Assembly (NCBI RefSeq): GCF_009914755.1
Contig: NC_060926.1
DNA length: 64,000 nt
Source: the human T2T-CHM13v2.0 reference genome, Homo sapiens
Strand: one strand, 5' to 3'
The notes beneath the pieces are model-generated. The model did no database searches and had not been told where the DNA came from. It saw only the letters and a list, made by a program, of their open reading frames with translations. The translations under genes and the position numbers were made by a program. Of the stretch, positions 43,913-58,103 are shown one piece after another; position 1 is the first letter of the stretch; each line of letters opens with the position of its first letter.

Positions 43913-44271
43913 TGTATTAGTCTGTTCCTATGCTCCTAATAAAGACATACCTGAGACTGGGTAATTTATAAAGGAAAAAGGTTTAATGGACTCACACATC
44001 CACATGACTGAGGAGGCCTCACAATCATGAGGGAAGGCAAGGAGGAGCAAAGGCACGTCTTACATGGGGCAGGCAAGAGAGTGTGTGCAGGGGAACCACC
44101 CTTTATAAAACCATCAGACCTCATGAGTCTTATTCACTACCACGAGGAAGTGCGGAGGAAACCGCCTCCTTGATTCAATTATCTCCCATCAGGTCCCTCC
44201 CACAACACATGGGATTATGGGAACTACAATCCAAGGTGAGACTTGGGTGGGGACACAGCCAAACCACATCA
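43913..44271 (-). mobile_element. THE1 (B/C-like) MaLR solo LTR
   Basis: TGTATTAGTCTGTT...AATAAAGACATACCTGAGACTGGGTAATTTATAAAG...GGGGACACAGCCAAACCACATCA; 5-bp TSD CCGTA/CCATA. Confidence 0.92.
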
Positions 44272-45079
44272 CCATATTTGCTCACAGCATTCACTTCTGT
44301 GGTCTTAAATTTTTATTGGTATTAAATCCAATTATTTTGCCTCACAAACATCTTTAAAGGTTCTTTCTTGCCTTTGGTGTTTGAGGAGGTGGCAGCCCAC
44401 TCACGTGGAAGGGAAGGGAAAGCAGATGGCTGGCCGCCTCCCCTGCAGCTCAGAGCTTGAACTGAACTGTCTTCTTTTCCTGGCTGGCACGCAGTCTTCT
44501 GTCAGCCTTGTTCTGTCCACACGCCCTGTGGGCCTGTCCCAGAGGCCACTGATCCAAGTGAGATCTCCACGATTCCCGGGGATTACAGCCACAGACGTCT
44601 TTCAGCTGGAGATAAGCAACATGGGAATGAATCAACATCGTACCTGCTCACTTTCATTCAGATGCACTCAGGATGTACAACATGCACCCTATCTTAAAGA
44701 AGTAAGCAGTTTACAGAATAGCTCATCAACACATTGAAAAATAAAACATTTAGAAAACATCTGAATCCAACCATTCAGATGCTGAACCGACCATAATCAT
44801 TTAAATAAAATGCAATAAAATCAAGCACACTCCTTCATCCACATTGCACCTGAGCGCAGGCTCACAATGCAGCCGGACAAACGCGGCAACAGCTCAGGGC
44901 CCACTGAGCACAGCGGGGGACACAGAGGGGTCGAGAGTAGCAGGGGGTCCCAGGCTGAGAACAGAGGCCAGAACCCACCTAGATGGTGGAGTCCCCAGAC
45001 GCCTCCTCCTCGGAACTGCCCTGCCCTGCCCGGAGCCTACAGAGGTCTGTGTCTGCACAAGCCACACCTGTGCAAAATA

Positions 45080-46400
45080 GCCACACACACTTGTGTGTGC
45101 ACACAGATCCTAAACTGTACACACACGCAGGTATCCTACATGCACCAAACACACCACACAGCCACCACACACACCACAAACAACCCCCACACACCACACA
45201 CACAACACACACACACCACACTAGACATGCACACACCCCACACACACCACACACCAGACACACACACAACACAACACATACACCACACACCACACACACT
45301 ACACACCACACACAATGAACACACCACACACCAGACACACACACAACACAACACATACACCACACACCACACACACTACACACCACACACAATGAACACA
45401 CCACACACCAGACACACACAACACAACACACACACCACACATGCCACACACACCACACACAAAACACAACACACAATGCACAACACACACAATGAACACA
45501 CCACACACCAGACACACACAACACAACACACACACCACACATGCCACACACAAACCACACACAAAACACAACACACAACACACACAACACACCACACACC
45601 AGACACACACAACACACACGCCACACATGCCACACACACCCCACACACAACACACACCACAAACATACCACACACCCCACACACACACCACACACCAGAC
45701 ACACACCACACACAACACAACACACACACCACACACAACACAACACACAACACACACCAGACACACAACACAACACACACCCCACACAACACACAAACTC
45801 CACACACTATACACCACACACACAACACACAAAGCACACACCACACACCAGACACACCACACACACAACACACACAACACACAAAGCACACACCACACAC
45901 CAGACACACCACACACACACACCACATCCACCACAGACACACTACACACACCACACCTCACACACACCACATATCAAACACACCACACACACACATGCTT
46001 CACACCACACACACACCACACACACACCATGTATGCACCACACACACACCACACACTATACACACACTACACACACACTATGTATGCACCACACACACAA
46101 TACACACTATACACACACCACACCACACACCTCACACATATCACACATTACACGTGTACAACACAGCCACACATACCTTTGTGTGCATGCAGATTCTAAA
46201 CTCTACACACATACATGTACCATACACACACTGCACACACCACACACTCACTACACACATACACGCACCACGCACACGCACACCACGCCACACACACTCT
46301 ACTCCACACACACATCAGACACATCACACTTTACACACACACCACACTCAACACTACACACCCATACAAACAAACACACATGGACACACACATGCATGCA
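45080..46400. repeat. ~1.3 kb CA/CACAC-rich low-complexity array with internal 77-bp higher-order duplication
   Basis: Almost only C and A on the + strand; CCAGACACAC anchors at 45254, 45331 and 45408. Confidence 0.95.
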
Positions 46401-49400
46401 CAAAAGCAAATCTCACGTAAACCCCAAACCTAGATTTCACTTTGAAAGTGCACTTGGGGCTCCAGCCTGTCCCAGCCAGTGCTGCTGTCTGAAGAGGCAG
46501 GTGCATGGGGCCTGAAGGTTTGGTGTTTTGAGTCACCTGACTGACTGAACGGGCATGTGCAGGGAAGCCTGGTGGATTTAGAAGGAAAAGGAGGAGGATG
46601 GAATCCAAGGCCTGCGGCTGGAGGCCCGGCCGCCCACCCTCCACTTGCTCACCTGTGTGTGGCTTCCATGCTGCAGGTGAGCCCCCAGAGCCCCACACAC
46701 ACGCCTGGGCGCCAGCACACCTGGGTCCCCTGGCTCGTGGCAGCGAGGGAGGCACCCTGGGCCAGCAGGGGCACAGGTCTGAGGAGCAGGTAGAGGCTGC
46801 CTGTGTTTCTCCTGCTGTGCAATAGACCCTTAAACATGCAGCGTAAAACACAGGCCTTTGCCACCTCACTGTGGCAGCTGGTCACACCCAGGCGCCGCTC
46901 TCCGGAGCCTTCTGCAGGCGATGGGAAGGCTGCGCTGGGCGTGGGCTGGGCCTGCTCATGTGGAGGCCGGACAAAGGAGAGCCTGGCTGTCGGCTCACAC
47001 GGAGCTGACCTGGCCATATCCCCTGCTGAGGGACCCAGGGCTGCGTGTCCCACCCCAGGGGCACCCCTGGTCTGTCTCCCAGTCGGCCTAGAGAGCATGT
47101 CATCTAATGTAACCAACGCAGAAAAATGCTGACTTGCATAAATGTTGAAAACAAGATTACAAAAGAGTGACTATAACAGTATCCTTGTTTCGAAAATGGT
47201 AATGCATACAGATTGGCAAAATGTTACCGATTATTTCTGGGTGATGGGAATAATGGGGAATTTTACTTTAGTTTAACTTACTTTTATCCTATAATTGAAC
47301 ATGTTATTTTTACCCTAAGAAAAAGTATTTTACCTTAAAAATATAAACACGTGTTGCACTAATTGTAACATATTGTATCACTTTTTCTGACATTAGCACA
47401 AATATCAACATATTCTGAACCCCGACTCTAACATCGGCATTTTCTCCCATTTTGTCTAAAAGAATAAGAGAAACCATCACTTTTCAGGAGAGTCCAATGG
47501 AATATTAATTTACAGCCTTCCTTTCATAATTGTTTTAATTTTAAGATGTTATCCTGTATTTCTGTTGTGTGCCCAGGGATTTAAATTGGACAGAATAAGA
47601 ATTTAAGCTGCAGAGTTTGTTTTCAGCACGATTAGCTCACGTGTCACCTTGGAAATCCACAATGCTTCAGGATTTGCCTTTCCCAGCTGCCACCCTGCCT
47701 TCCTGAATTCTTCCGGACTCTCTGCATGGAGGTTTCAACGTCTGTCATTTAAGGATGATTTCCTGAGCACTGTTGTCCAAGAGGATCCCACAAACTGTGG
47801 AAATGCTTACTAGGAAGCTGTCCTTCAGTGGAGGCGTCTGGACCCTGGAGAAGAAGACTGACGACTGTGCATTCCACAATTGCAATCTATACACAATTTG
47901 AAAGTGGAGGGAAAAATGCCACAATCTGTCAAGAGCTGAGAATCGAGTGTCAGGAAGGTTCTGGGGGCCCTGAGCCTGAGGGGTTGGTCGGGCCGTCTGG
48001 ATCTGGGTGAGGTGGGATTCTTGGTGACCAGAGGATGCTCCAGGTGGGAAGAGCAGAGGCCACAGCCACAGGGATCGGGGCCTAGTGCATCTTCCCATGC
48101 CCTTGTCCATCCCCAGGAGGGCCGAGCTCACCCACCATGGGAGGAGACTAAGTTTCAGTGGGTCACACCAGCGTGAGGTGAGGCGGTGGCCACAGGTCCC
48201 AAGCAGAGGAGAGGACCTGTTGCTCACTTTTAAATTGTATTTTATCATATGTTTTAGAAATAGTCTTTCTCCTGTGCCGAAAACCCAAAATTTGTGGTTC
48301 TGGAAATAATCACAATCGGACTTCCAAGGTCTGTGTTTCCTCAAGCGCATCATCCTCTGCTCTCATGAAAGCTATTAGAAACTCTGTATTTAATTAAAGT
48401 TTAAAGGAGTCACTTCTACATGGAAGATACTACATTCACATAATATTTAGAAGTGGAGATTATCCCTTAAATTGTGGAATTTGTAATTGTGATCTTGTGG
48501 GTCTTTACAGTGCTCTTGGTTCTATGAAAGGAAGGGGAATTCAGGGTCTCCTCTGCATCCTTGCCGTGGCTCCTGTGCAGGGAGGCTGCAGGCACCCAGC
48601 CTGTGTCTCACCTTCGCTGGATAGACCCAAGAGGCTGAGGTCAGTGTTGTGAGGAAGGTGGAGGTGCTATTCTTTAACATAACAGGATGCAGCCAAATGC
48701 ACTTCCTAAATGTATGCTTTTCCACGAATCCCACGGATTTCAACTCTTGCCTGGATCTGACACAGAAGGTGCTGATTAGGGAAAGAAATCAGCTATCAAG
48801 GCATAAAGTTGGGAACCTGCCTCAGAAAAGCCCTTAAGAAACAAACGTTCCTCCTTCCCCTCTCTGGCTCCTCAAGATTCATCCTGTTTTGTCTTTACTT
48901 TTGGAATACATGCAGGTTTGTTAAAAAATGGCTTTATAAAAAACATCGGCAAAATGTGGATTTCTTGCCCAATTACTGGAAAGGTTACCAACACAAGGAA
49001 AGGTCAGTCAATTCCTTTGTGGGCGATGTTTTGTTTTGTCTTGTTTATTTCTTTCCTGAATATTTTAAAACTCATTTGAGAAAACTGATTCTGTAGTGTT
49101 ATTCCAAAATACCCCTGTGGGGAGGTGTCCATGAGCCATCTTATGGGATTGAAGATGGAGGGACGTGGGGCCTGAGGCATGTTTATGACAGCTACACTGT
49201 GTTCAGGTTTGGCCCTGGGCAGAGGTGTGTTTTGTCTTGGTCGTTGGTGCAGGGCCTGGCAAAGCTGCTCTGAGGCCCGCAGAGCCAGGGCTGGCTTTGA
49301 GTTCAGGCCAGCTCCATGCATCCTGGCCATCCTGCCATTAGCTTTGACGGGTTAAGGAATAGCCTCATCCACTCTTTTTTAGGATTCCGGACGTTTTTGT

Positions 49401-49720
49401 ATTACAACTCCCTGCTCCCATTTTGTCTTTGAAATGGTAGAGAGGCCCCAACTGAAAAAGGCATAAAGTTAAGGACAAATTTAAAATTGGAACTAAGGTG
49501 CAGTAAAACCAGAGACTCTCCCTGGGGAGGCACTGGACTGCGAGCTGAGCTTGAGGTACAAAACCAGCTCTTTCAGAACAGGGGCTGGAGGCCACCACTG
49601 GTGCCATGTACCCCTCCTCATTTGACACCAGCGGGCAAAGCCTGAGGAGCTGGCGCCCTCTCAACCATCCTCACCTGAGACGTGACCCGTGTCTGTCAGG
49701 CAGCCAGGTGAGATGAAGAG

Positions 49721-50011
49721 GGGTGAGCTGACTCTGACTGGACAGGATCTGTCTAGGGGGTGAGCCGACTCTGACTGGACAGGATCTGTCTAGGGGGTGA
49801 GCCGACTCTGACTGGACAGGATCTGTCTGGGGGTGAGCCGACTCTGACTGGACAGGATCTGTCTAGGGGGTGAGCTGACTCTGACTGGACAGGATCTGTC
49901 TAGGGGGTGAGCCGACTGTGACTGGACAGGATCTGTCTAGGGGGTGAGCTGACTCTGACTGGACAGGATCTGTCTAGGGGGTGAGCTGACTCTGACTGGA
50001 CAGGATCTGTC
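49721..50011. repeat. 37-bp VNTR, 8 near-identical copies (GGGTGAGCYGACTCTGACTGGACAGGATCTGTCTAGG)
   Basis: Units at ~49721, 49758, 49795, 49831, 49868, 49905, 49942 and 49979. Confidence 0.97.
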
Positions 50012-53000
50012 TTAGGCAGCTGCTGTGTCCATGTGATCACATTGTAAAGACCTTGCCTATCGAACGGACATTTCCTTACCTCAAAATTACTGTTCTATTT
50101 TAAAATGCATGTTCTGGTTCACTGCAAGGAGTGTTAGATACCAGCTCTGCACATTAATGCAGATATCAGTGTCCAGTGGCTCACAGACACAAAGCTGCAG
50201 CCCAGAGAAGCTTCATTTACTGTGGCAGTTCCATGCTTCCGACTCTGTTGGCTATTGATCAATCGGGCAGAAAATCTCTGTGGGTTACAGAATTGCTAAT
50301 GGGAATAACCATACCCACAGCAGCAATTTACCCACTCAAAACAAATAAACTGGAATTGCCCAAACTGGGCTGCTAATGAGTCAAGAGACATGTCGGGCCC
50401 AGGACGGTCCCATCGGCAAGTGTCAGACTCCAGCCGGGGTCTCCGGAAGAGGAATTCTGTGCAGCGCAGAGCCTCTTGAGCTGAGCATCACCAGCTTGGA
50501 GACCGCCAGAACCTAAAGCATTGAGATCCCTTGTTGCACTTTCTCATCTGTGTATTTTCTTTGAAAGACGCTGAGAATGATGGAGCTGCATCCTTTGAAG
50601 GCAGTCATGTTCCCGGGAATGAGGAGCTTTCAGAGTTTAATTATGGAACGAGCTGCAGACACATCTACAGAAGGTGAAATGAGTCTAAAACAGGCCTCCT
50701 TTAAAACCTGTGCAGATGCAGAGGCTGCATTCTTCAGACGTGAGGCTGGCTGGGAGTTGAATCAGGTGGGGCCGTCTGAGGATGCAGCTGGGACCTCAGC
50801 TTCTGTGTTGCTGGCGTCCTTGGGTAGACAGCGGGCCCTTTGCCCCAGGCCTGGCTGGGTCTGGCCCTGCACTACACACCAGCGCCATGCACATGGTAAA
50901 GAGTAGCACCTGCTCTCATGAGCATCAGTGGATTTGGGTGCCTGATTTCTCCAAGGAAATGCCAGGCCCCATCACGCCTCCCCTAGGGCCAGGAATAACC
51001 CAGCCTGGAGAGGCTGGCAGCTTCCCAGATATGCCACGCTCCTCCTACCCGGATCATTCACCAAGAAATCAGGAAAGAGAACTCCAGGGCGAACCCAGGA
51101 CCTGGCCCCATACCACAGTCTGAGCACATTCTAGACACAAGAAGTAGGTTTTCTCACAATAAGGAAACATTAATACACATTATGCATTATCCAATAGAAA
51201 GCACAAAAATACCAGACTCAAGTCTGAATGTCCCACAAGGAGATCCCCTCTGCCTTCCTCCAGAGCTTGGATAAAGCTCCTTCTTCTACAGAAATGAAGC
51301 TGCCATGTGACCCTGCCCAGGACCCTGCAGCGCACACGGCTGCCAGCCAGTGACTCCTCCAGAGTCCCTCAGAGGCAGGAATAGGCCCTGTTAACTTGTT
51401 TATCCTCAGCTATCAGCCTCGTGTCTTCCAGAGATAAAATATACAGCAAATAATAGATAAATTAATCCAGGCCACACATATTTATGTGTGGGGTGGCTTT
51501 GTCTGGCACCATGGAAACAGTGGCAGTGTCTTCATCCTAGAGAGGTGCTGTCTAACAAGGCAGCTTTCCTCAGGCAGAGGACCCCTGAGGCAGGTGCAGC
51601 TATCAGTAAGCACGCATGAACTTCAAAATCATTGTGATTAATATGTGCAAGAAATGATACAGTGGACATTTCAGAAGATAATTGGAAGCTATGAAAAAAT
51701 TCTATTGAATATTCTAGAATTTTAAAAAGTTCAATCACTGAAATTAAGAACTAAGGAAACAAAAGAGGTAATTCATGAAGTAGGTTTAAAAGATAATATG
51801 TAGAAAAAGCACAGAGAGAACACAGGAGAAAAACTACAAGAACCAGACACACAGGCCACACCTCAGACAAGGTGTCTGTTGCACTCGTAACCAGGGCTCC
51901 AAAGGAGGAGAGGGCATTGTGGAGGAGGAGCAATCATTGAAAAGGTGATGCTTGAAACATTTTGAAAACTGACAAAAGACATAAAGCCACACGTTCAAGA
52001 ATCCTGAAAGTCCTAGTCAGCAATCAGAATAAAGATCACATAGTCACAACCAGGAATATCAAATTAATTATATGCCAAAAAATGAAAAACCAGGGAAAGA
52101 AAGTCTTTCCAGTTTATAATTGCAGGAAGCGAGACTGAGATTTAACTCCTTAACAGAGGTTGAAGCCAGAAGATGGTGTCAGGGCAGCTTCAAAAGCAAT
52201 AAAAGCAGGCAAATGTGAAAGAAAGTTCTATAGGCAGTAAATATGTTTCCAAAATATAGAAAAAATAATTTAAACTGGAAGGAAAGAATTGAAGAGAACA
52301 TGAAAAATGAGAGAGACCTTGTCAATTTATTTAGAGATGCTGAATTAGGGTGGAAGACTGTTGCCTCAAATTGAATGGCAGGAAGGTAGAAGAGACACAC
52401 ACAGGCGCTGTCCAACACATCGTCCTCACAGTGAGCGCCACAGCCAGCGTTCAACACAGAGAGGGCTCAGGGGTCTCAGGCAGGAGAGGGGCCTCAGGGG
52501 TCTCAGGCAAGAGAGTGGGGCTCAGGGGGCCTCATGCAGGAGAGGGGGCTCAGGAGGTGTCACGTAGTACTATTAGCATAAAGCTGAGGATACAACCAAA
52601 ACACAAGCAAACATACTGTACCTTAAATATGCTTAAGGTGAGGGTGGGGAGGGGAAAGAGAGAAAGATAGAGACACAGAGACACAGACACAGAGACAGGG
52701 CACAGTGAAAAATGTTATGAAAGCCTTGTTTACATAAAAATATAAAACAACATGACAAAACGTAGGTAAAAAAATAACAATAATGTAAGTGGGCTTATAA
52801 TGGTAATGTAAGTGGGCTTAAAGTACCTTTTAAGATTTTTAGGTTGGCTGCATAGCAAAATGCATTAGTTTGTATATAGGAAACATACTTAAAACAAAAT
52901 ATTCAAGAAGGTAGAAACTAAAGAAAAAGGTTCAACTATAGCAGGCAAAAGAAAAAAGAATTAGGCCTCAGTATTTTGATCTCTGCTGAGGAAGAATTTT

Positions 53001-54328
53001 GAGTAATAAGCATTAAAAGAGGCCAAGAAGTTTATGTTATAATTCCACAGGATTCAGCTCTTAATAATTATAACCCAGTGACCCAGTAAAGCCTATGATA
53101 TGCCAGAAACCACTGGAGATACAAGGGGAGGTGGACAGGAACACAGATAACAGGCAGGTCTCTCGCAGCCTGAGAGGGGCCAAGCAGCCAAAGCTTTGTA
53201 AGGGCCCACGTGTCCTCAGCACAATGATCTGCAAGATGGTTTGGGTGGGATCCATGGAACTCAGGTTCTAATCAAACCTAAAGGTGTCTAATCAAAGAGA
53301 AGACATTTTTGCTCCAAATGCACATGGAGCATTTGTAAATTTCTGACCCTAAAGAAAGCCTCAAAAACTCAAAGAATAGAATTTTTTAATTAATAAGACA
53401 TGATTCTTAGGGCAGAATGCAAAATAAAAATCTAGAAATTAATGATGAATAAAAATAGAGCTGAGATGCATATAAAATTATATTAAGCAACCTTTGCCAC
53501 TAAAGAAAGATAGAAAATAAAATTTCACAGTATTTTGAAAAAATAATAATAAAAATACAACAAAAAGCATTTATCTTTCAGATAAAAGTTTACTTTGAAA
53601 ACATTTTTAAATAAAAAGCAAATTGAAAGATATTAAAATTTCAAATGAAGTACAACAGAATGAGCAAAATAAAGCAAGTCAGAAATGAATAAAGTTAAAA
53701 GAAGAATCTAATAAATTAGATTCAGATTCTAAATTAGATTCTAACAAATTAGAACCGACAAATCCAAACATGTGTTTTTAATAAACTAACAAAACAGGTA
53801 AATCTAGTAGCCAAATTAATGAAGAAAAATAGGAAAAAATAAATTAAATTAGAAATGACAAGAGAAAGTCATTTTCTTTCTCTTCTCTTTCAATAAGAGA
53901 ATTTTAAAATCCCAAGATAAGACTTTATGCAACTTTCTTCAAATAAAATGTAAAAACTAACAGAAATTGAAAAAAATACTTTTATAAAATTGACCACAGT
54001 AAAGTCAGAAAGTTGAAACCAATAGCCTTAAAGGAAATAAAATTAAGTAAGGGCTCTCCTGTTGAAAGCAAAAACCCAGAGAGTCTAACAGGGGAATTCA
54101 ACCAAATTTTATAAATCTGATGATTCCAGTGCTACCTGAATTATTCTGGAGCACAGAAGAAGAAAGAAAAACCTGCAAATGATCTTTCCAAAGGCAGACA
54201 AAGAATGAAACACAACAAATTGCTGTCATCCAGTAAAGATACAAAAAAATTAAATGAAATATTTGCAAACGGAATCTAACAACACATTAAAAAGACGACA
54301 TATCTTTAACCCAATCACATGGAATATA

Positions 54329-55672
54329 ACAGTCTTCAAAGTGTGATCTGCAGGCCCCTGAGGCCTCGGAGACCGTTTGAGGGGACACCTGAGGCCAGAA
54401 CAATTTTCATGATGATACTTAGATGCTGTTTTTTCTCCCCGTGTTAACATTTGCACAGGTGGTGAAACCAACCAAAATGAGGTGAATAAGTCTGCTGGTG
54501 CCTTGGTCCCATCCAACGAAAATGAGGTGAATGAAACTGCTGGTGACTTGGCTCAATCCAACCGAAAGGAGGTGGATAAACTTTCTGGTGCCTCAGCTCA
54601 ATCCAGGCAGTGGCAGGAGGACCTCAGTCCTCACTGTGTTCATGCCTGTGTCAGGTTCACAACATCCAAAGCTTTTGTCAGCTTCACTTAACGATTCTTT
54701 GGGACAATAAGTATTATTAACATATTATGTCTCAAATCTCAAGTACAATTTAAAACAATATTCCGTGTATCAGAACAGGACGTGTACATGAAGGCCCTCG
54801 GCTGCACACTGAAGTGAACGCTCCTGGAACGACAAAGCTCCTGACACACGGAGGCCACTGCTGGCCATGAACACATCCCACTCTAAGAAGGACTCACACG
54901 CGGGGGCTTGGGAGACTAAATAACGTGACGTGTCAATTCACCAAAAATGGCTGACGGTATTTGCTGCCCATAGTAAAATTTCAAATTTCAAGCAACAGAA
55001 AAATAATTTTAGAAAATCTGCATCCATCACAGTGAGATTGAAAGCTTCCAAGTCCTCCAAGACTTTGGAGTGACACCAGTGATGATGAGAACACATTCCA
55101 TATTTTGACATTGCAAAATTAAATGTGTCAACATTGGGAAGATCAGTGTAATTTAGTGAGACCAAGATGTTCCAAAATGCCAATTCCTGACATCACAACA
55201 TCAGGCCTGGATACAGATCCACTGGAAATGCAGGGTAGGCCAGTGGGTTCTACCTGATGAGGATGCGCAATGCTCAGGGATGTGGGCTTAGACTCCACAT
55301 TGCAACTAACTTCCACTCATCTCGCATCCCTGTTGGATTAAGGAAGAAAGTCCATATTGGCTGAAAAAGCCTTGGAAATCCAATTGTTCTCTATTCAAAC
55401 TTTAAAGAGATTTGCCAAACTGTAAAATAATTCCACACTTTCCCACTATGTTTTGGTAAATATAGTTGTATTCATGCAAAATATTATTTATGTTCATGTT
55501 TAATGGGTTTATTGGTTTATTGTTTTTAAATTTTAAATTACATAAATATGTTAAATATTTCTATTTCTAGTAACTAATATAAACTAGTGAAATACAGTAT
55601 GGTAACTAATATAAACCACATATACAAAGTATCAAGCCTCAATAGCTTTTAGAGTTTAAAATTAAGAACGAT
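54329..55672 (+). mobile_element. Charlie1a-like hAT DNA transposon
   Basis: 5' CAGTCTTCAAAGTGTGATCTGCAGGCCCCTG...AACAATTTTCATGATGATACT; internal AATGTGTCAACATTGGGAAGATC; 3' end decayed. Confidence 0.75.
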
Positions 55673-55943
55673 CAACACAGCACAGCCCTCATTCTGAGTC
55701 TTATTTCATGTGGAAACATTTCCTTTCTTGCGAAACTGCGGAAAACCAGATAACCATTGGTTTTACTATTATTTATTATTATATGGAAAGAATTAGTCAA
55801 TGCAATGAGACAAAAAAAGACAAAAGAATTTAATTCAAATTCAATCACATTTGAGGAAAAGAAAAAACTATCTCAGCGTGCAATGACATGATTATATAAC
55901 CGGCAACCCCACCCCCACTGCCCCCAGTAATGTTTAGCTACTA

Positions 55944-56168
55944 CAGGTTGAGCATCCCTTATACAACATGCTTGGGACCAGAAGTATTTTGGATTTTGGA
56001 TTTTTTTTTTCAGATTTTGGAATATTTGCATTATATTTATCAGCCCTAACCAAAAAATCCAAAATCCAAAATGTTTCAATGACCATTTTCTTTTAGTGTC
56101 ATGTCGGTGATCAAAAAGTTTCAGATTCTGAAATGTTTTGGATTTGTGAATTAGGAATATTCACCCTG
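55944..56168. mobile_element. Tigger4a/MER46-like TcMar MITE
   Basis: TIRs CAGGTTGAGCATCCCT and AGGAATATTCACCCTG, with a TA TSD on both sides. Confidence 0.85.
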
Positions 56169-57723
56169 TACAAACAATGAGATAACTTAATAAAGTATCA
56201 GGATATACAATTGTATGTTATCCAATAACTCTCATATGTACAAACAAAAATTGGTTAAGAGGTAATTGAGGAGAACCTTCATTTAAGACAGAAAAAAATA
56301 AAAAAGCAGGCTTCAAGTGAAGAAATATACAAAGCCTATAGGAAATGCTCAGAAAAACTCAAAAATAGAATGAAAGAAATGGAAAGGCATGCCATCGTAT
56401 TTTTGTATTTTTTGGCTAAAAGTGCTCAGTATAGTACAGATGGAATTTCTCTCTAATGAAATTTATACATAATGTGATCCCAAGAAAAGTACCATCAGAA
56501 CTCCCCTCCCCAACATGATCAGGGAAAGTTCAATATGAAGACTGCCTTCCCCAACACGATCAGGAAAAGTTGAATATGAAGGGTTTTCAAGGGCACATAT
56601 GCAAGAATAGCCAGGGGTCTCCTGCAAAAGAAGAGAATTGCGGGGCTGCTCTAGCCGGTATCAAAATGTGTCATAGAACCTGTGTCAGCAAACAGCGTAG
56701 AGTTGCCCCATAGATTGATCAACAGAAAGGGAAAATCCAGAAATCTAGCGAGTGCATACCACATGGGCTGTGGGAACCATGGTAGATCAGCAGTAGGGGA
56801 CACACTCCTTCCGGGGACACGCGGAGAACCTGTTAGCTGTTTCAGAAAACCACATTCATTCACACAAAGTCATAAGGATAAAGTCCAAAGGAATCAGATA
56901 TCTAAGTATTAAAGTAATACAATCACATAAGTTATTGAGTAAAACATGGTTGACTAATTTAGCCTTTGACTAGAAAATTTTTCCTAAGTAAAAATTAAAA
57001 TTAAAGTCCCAAAGCAATATGAAAATTTTAATAAAATGTTAATAAATAGAATATTTTTATACCAAAAACACTAAGCAAAGTAAAAGACAAATGACAAACT
57101 GACAATAATATTTTAACTTCTTACTGACAAATGGTACACATATGGATAATATTCAAAACACATAAAGAGTGAAAAAGTAAGTTCAAACATGAAAGACAAA
57201 CTTTCAAAATAGGATAGTGCATTTGCTTTTTGGACCATCTCTATTACTTTAGTGATATTAGCAAAACAAAAAATGCAATGATAACAAAACAAAATAAACA
57301 AAAAGCAAACAAAGCACTTTAACCCACCTGCATTAATCATAACGACACATCATGTGCCTTCAGAGGGAAGTAAACAATACCATGTATGCAATGTCCTTGC
57401 TGAAAATCAAAATCAAACCTGATATCTATCGCTTTATGGAAAATTCAGGAAACAAAAATATGTGAAAAGGCATCAGAATGACTCTACACTGGGAAGTGCT
57501 GCAGGGCAAATAACCACATTTTCTGGACAAATTAACTGCAAGGGAAAGAAAAGAGATTAAGAGAGTGCCATGGATCAAAAGATGCTTAAGAAGTGTATCA
57601 GCAATTTGCAACAATGGATCTTATTTGGATTCTGATCAGACAACAAAATTGTTGAAAATAAAATTATGAGAAAATTAGGGAACTTTGGACAGTGACAATA
57701 TTTCAGAATATAAGATATTTTTA

Positions 57724-58103
<380 letters not shown>

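Larger units (their letters stand above)
51600..57420 (+). mobile_element. Old, fragmented L1M (ORF1 to ORF2) hosting Charlie1 and Tigger4 insertions
   Basis: A-rich sense strand; TTTTGAAAACTGACAAAAGACATAAAGCCACACGTTCAAGAATC (ORF1-like); GGGGAATTCAACCAAATTTT; AATATTTGCAAACGGAATCTAACAACACATTAAAAAG (ORF2-like). Confidence 0.65.

Noticed and set aside
44004-44016. PRDM9 hotspot motif in the THE1 LTR
   Set aside because: Reads CCTCCTCAGTCAT on the minus strand, not CCTCCCTNNCCAC.
44867-46420. 517-aa His/Thr-rich ORF and overlapping Cys/Val-rich antisense ORFs
   Set aside because: Translation of a CA-rich array that cannot form stop codons; open in most frames.
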